This document shows positions 63,648-64,000 of a stretch of DNA of 64,000 nucleotides, piece by piece (positions within the stretch are counted from its first letter, which is position 1; the number at the start of each line of letters is the position of its first letter). The notes under the pieces were generated by a model that searched no databases, was not told the DNA's origin, and saw only the letters and a list, made by a program, of their open reading frames with translations. The position numbers and the translations under genes were made by a program. Origin of the DNA: Companilactobacillus sp. Lineage in GTDB: Bacteria; Bacillota; Bacilli; Lactobacillales; Lactobacillaceae. The stretch covers positions 1,126,783 to 1,190,782 of the forward strand of contig NZ_JAKVLR010000001.1 of NCBI RefSeq assembly GCF_022484265.1, given 5' to 3'.

Positions 63648-64000
63648 TCTTAGACGACTTAGTAGCAGCCACAACTAAGCGTATCGAACGTGAAAAATTG
63701 GCTACTCCCCTATCAGAACTTAAAAACAAGGCTAACAAAATACCTAACAAAGATCCTCAAGTAATTATCGATAAATTTCTTGAACCAGGACTTCACTTCA
63801 TTGCTGAAATAAAGAAAGCTTCTCCTTCAAAAGGAATTATCGTTAAAGACTTTCCTTACTTACAAATTGCTCAAGAATATACCGATGCCAAAATCGATGC
63901 GATCTCTGTTTTGACTGAACCTGATTACTTCCAAGGCAATTTGCAGTATTTAAACGACATCGCACAAACAGTGCAAACTCCTCTTCTCAGAAAAGATTTT
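63644..64000 (+). CDS. trpC: indole-3-glycerol phosphate synthase, 3' end beyond window
   Basis: The TTG at 63644 overlaps the trpD stop (cTTGAtc). The translation ILDDLVAATTKRIE...FIAEIKKASPSKG...SVLTEPDYFQG is TrpC-like. The frame is open to the window end. Confidence 0.8.
   Translation, partial: MILDDLVAATTKRIEREKLATPLSELKNKANKIPNKDPQVIIDKFLEPGLHFIAEIKKASPSKGIIVKDFPYLQIAQEYTDAKIDAISVLTEPDYFQGNLQYLNDIAQTVQTPLLRKDF

Noticed and set aside
1-64000. Mobile elements, prophage, defence islands, rRNA and tRNA genes.
   Set aside because: I found no transposase, integrase, phage structural, restriction-modification or cas-like translations in the ORF track. No intergenic gap contains sequence resembling a tRNA cloverleaf or rRNA. 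A tRNAscan or Infernal pass would be needed for certainty.

Overview
This is a 64-kb chromosomal segment from a low-GC Firmicute. The gene content looks Lactobacillaceae-like; that is inference from families such as PepI-type prolyl peptidase, YitT, DUF1002, a Phe-type Ddl and T-box-controlled trp genes, and no species call is possible. I support about 61 CDS. They include a gluconate operon (gnd-gntK-gntP with a divergent RpiR regulator) in which gntP carries one in-frame TAG. They also include a sialic-acid (nan) cluster (nanK, RpiR-type regulator, nanE-nanA) next to a four-gene transporter/esterase operon. Also present are nagA, glpQ, ddl, prs, two separated crcB genes, several transporters (P-type ATPase, two ABC systems, MFS, CNNM) and peptidases. 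The window ends with the start of a trp operon (trpE-trpG, then trpD-trpC), where each block is preceded by its own Trp (UGG) T-box leader. I recognised no rRNA, tRNA, CRISPR array, transposase or prophage genes. The most unusual signal is non-coding. It is a family of roughly 150-170-nt self-folding modules (outer stem, inner stem, two internal hairpins) joined by a roughly 55-nt conserved linker. These sit at four intergenic sites (20.9, 22.9, 29.7 and 52.4-53.0 kb). Multi-nucleotide compensatory substitutions between copies preserve the fold. A second hairpin-repeat family lies at 17.2-17.5 kb. Other leads are an ORF-free 0.7-kb unit bounded by a promoter and a terminator (49.5-50.2 kb), Trp-codon mini-ORFs after both T-box terminators, and a terminator-containing leader in front of the nan-associated transporter operon. 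All calls come from reading the sequence and the ORF translations by eye; no searches or folding programs were run.
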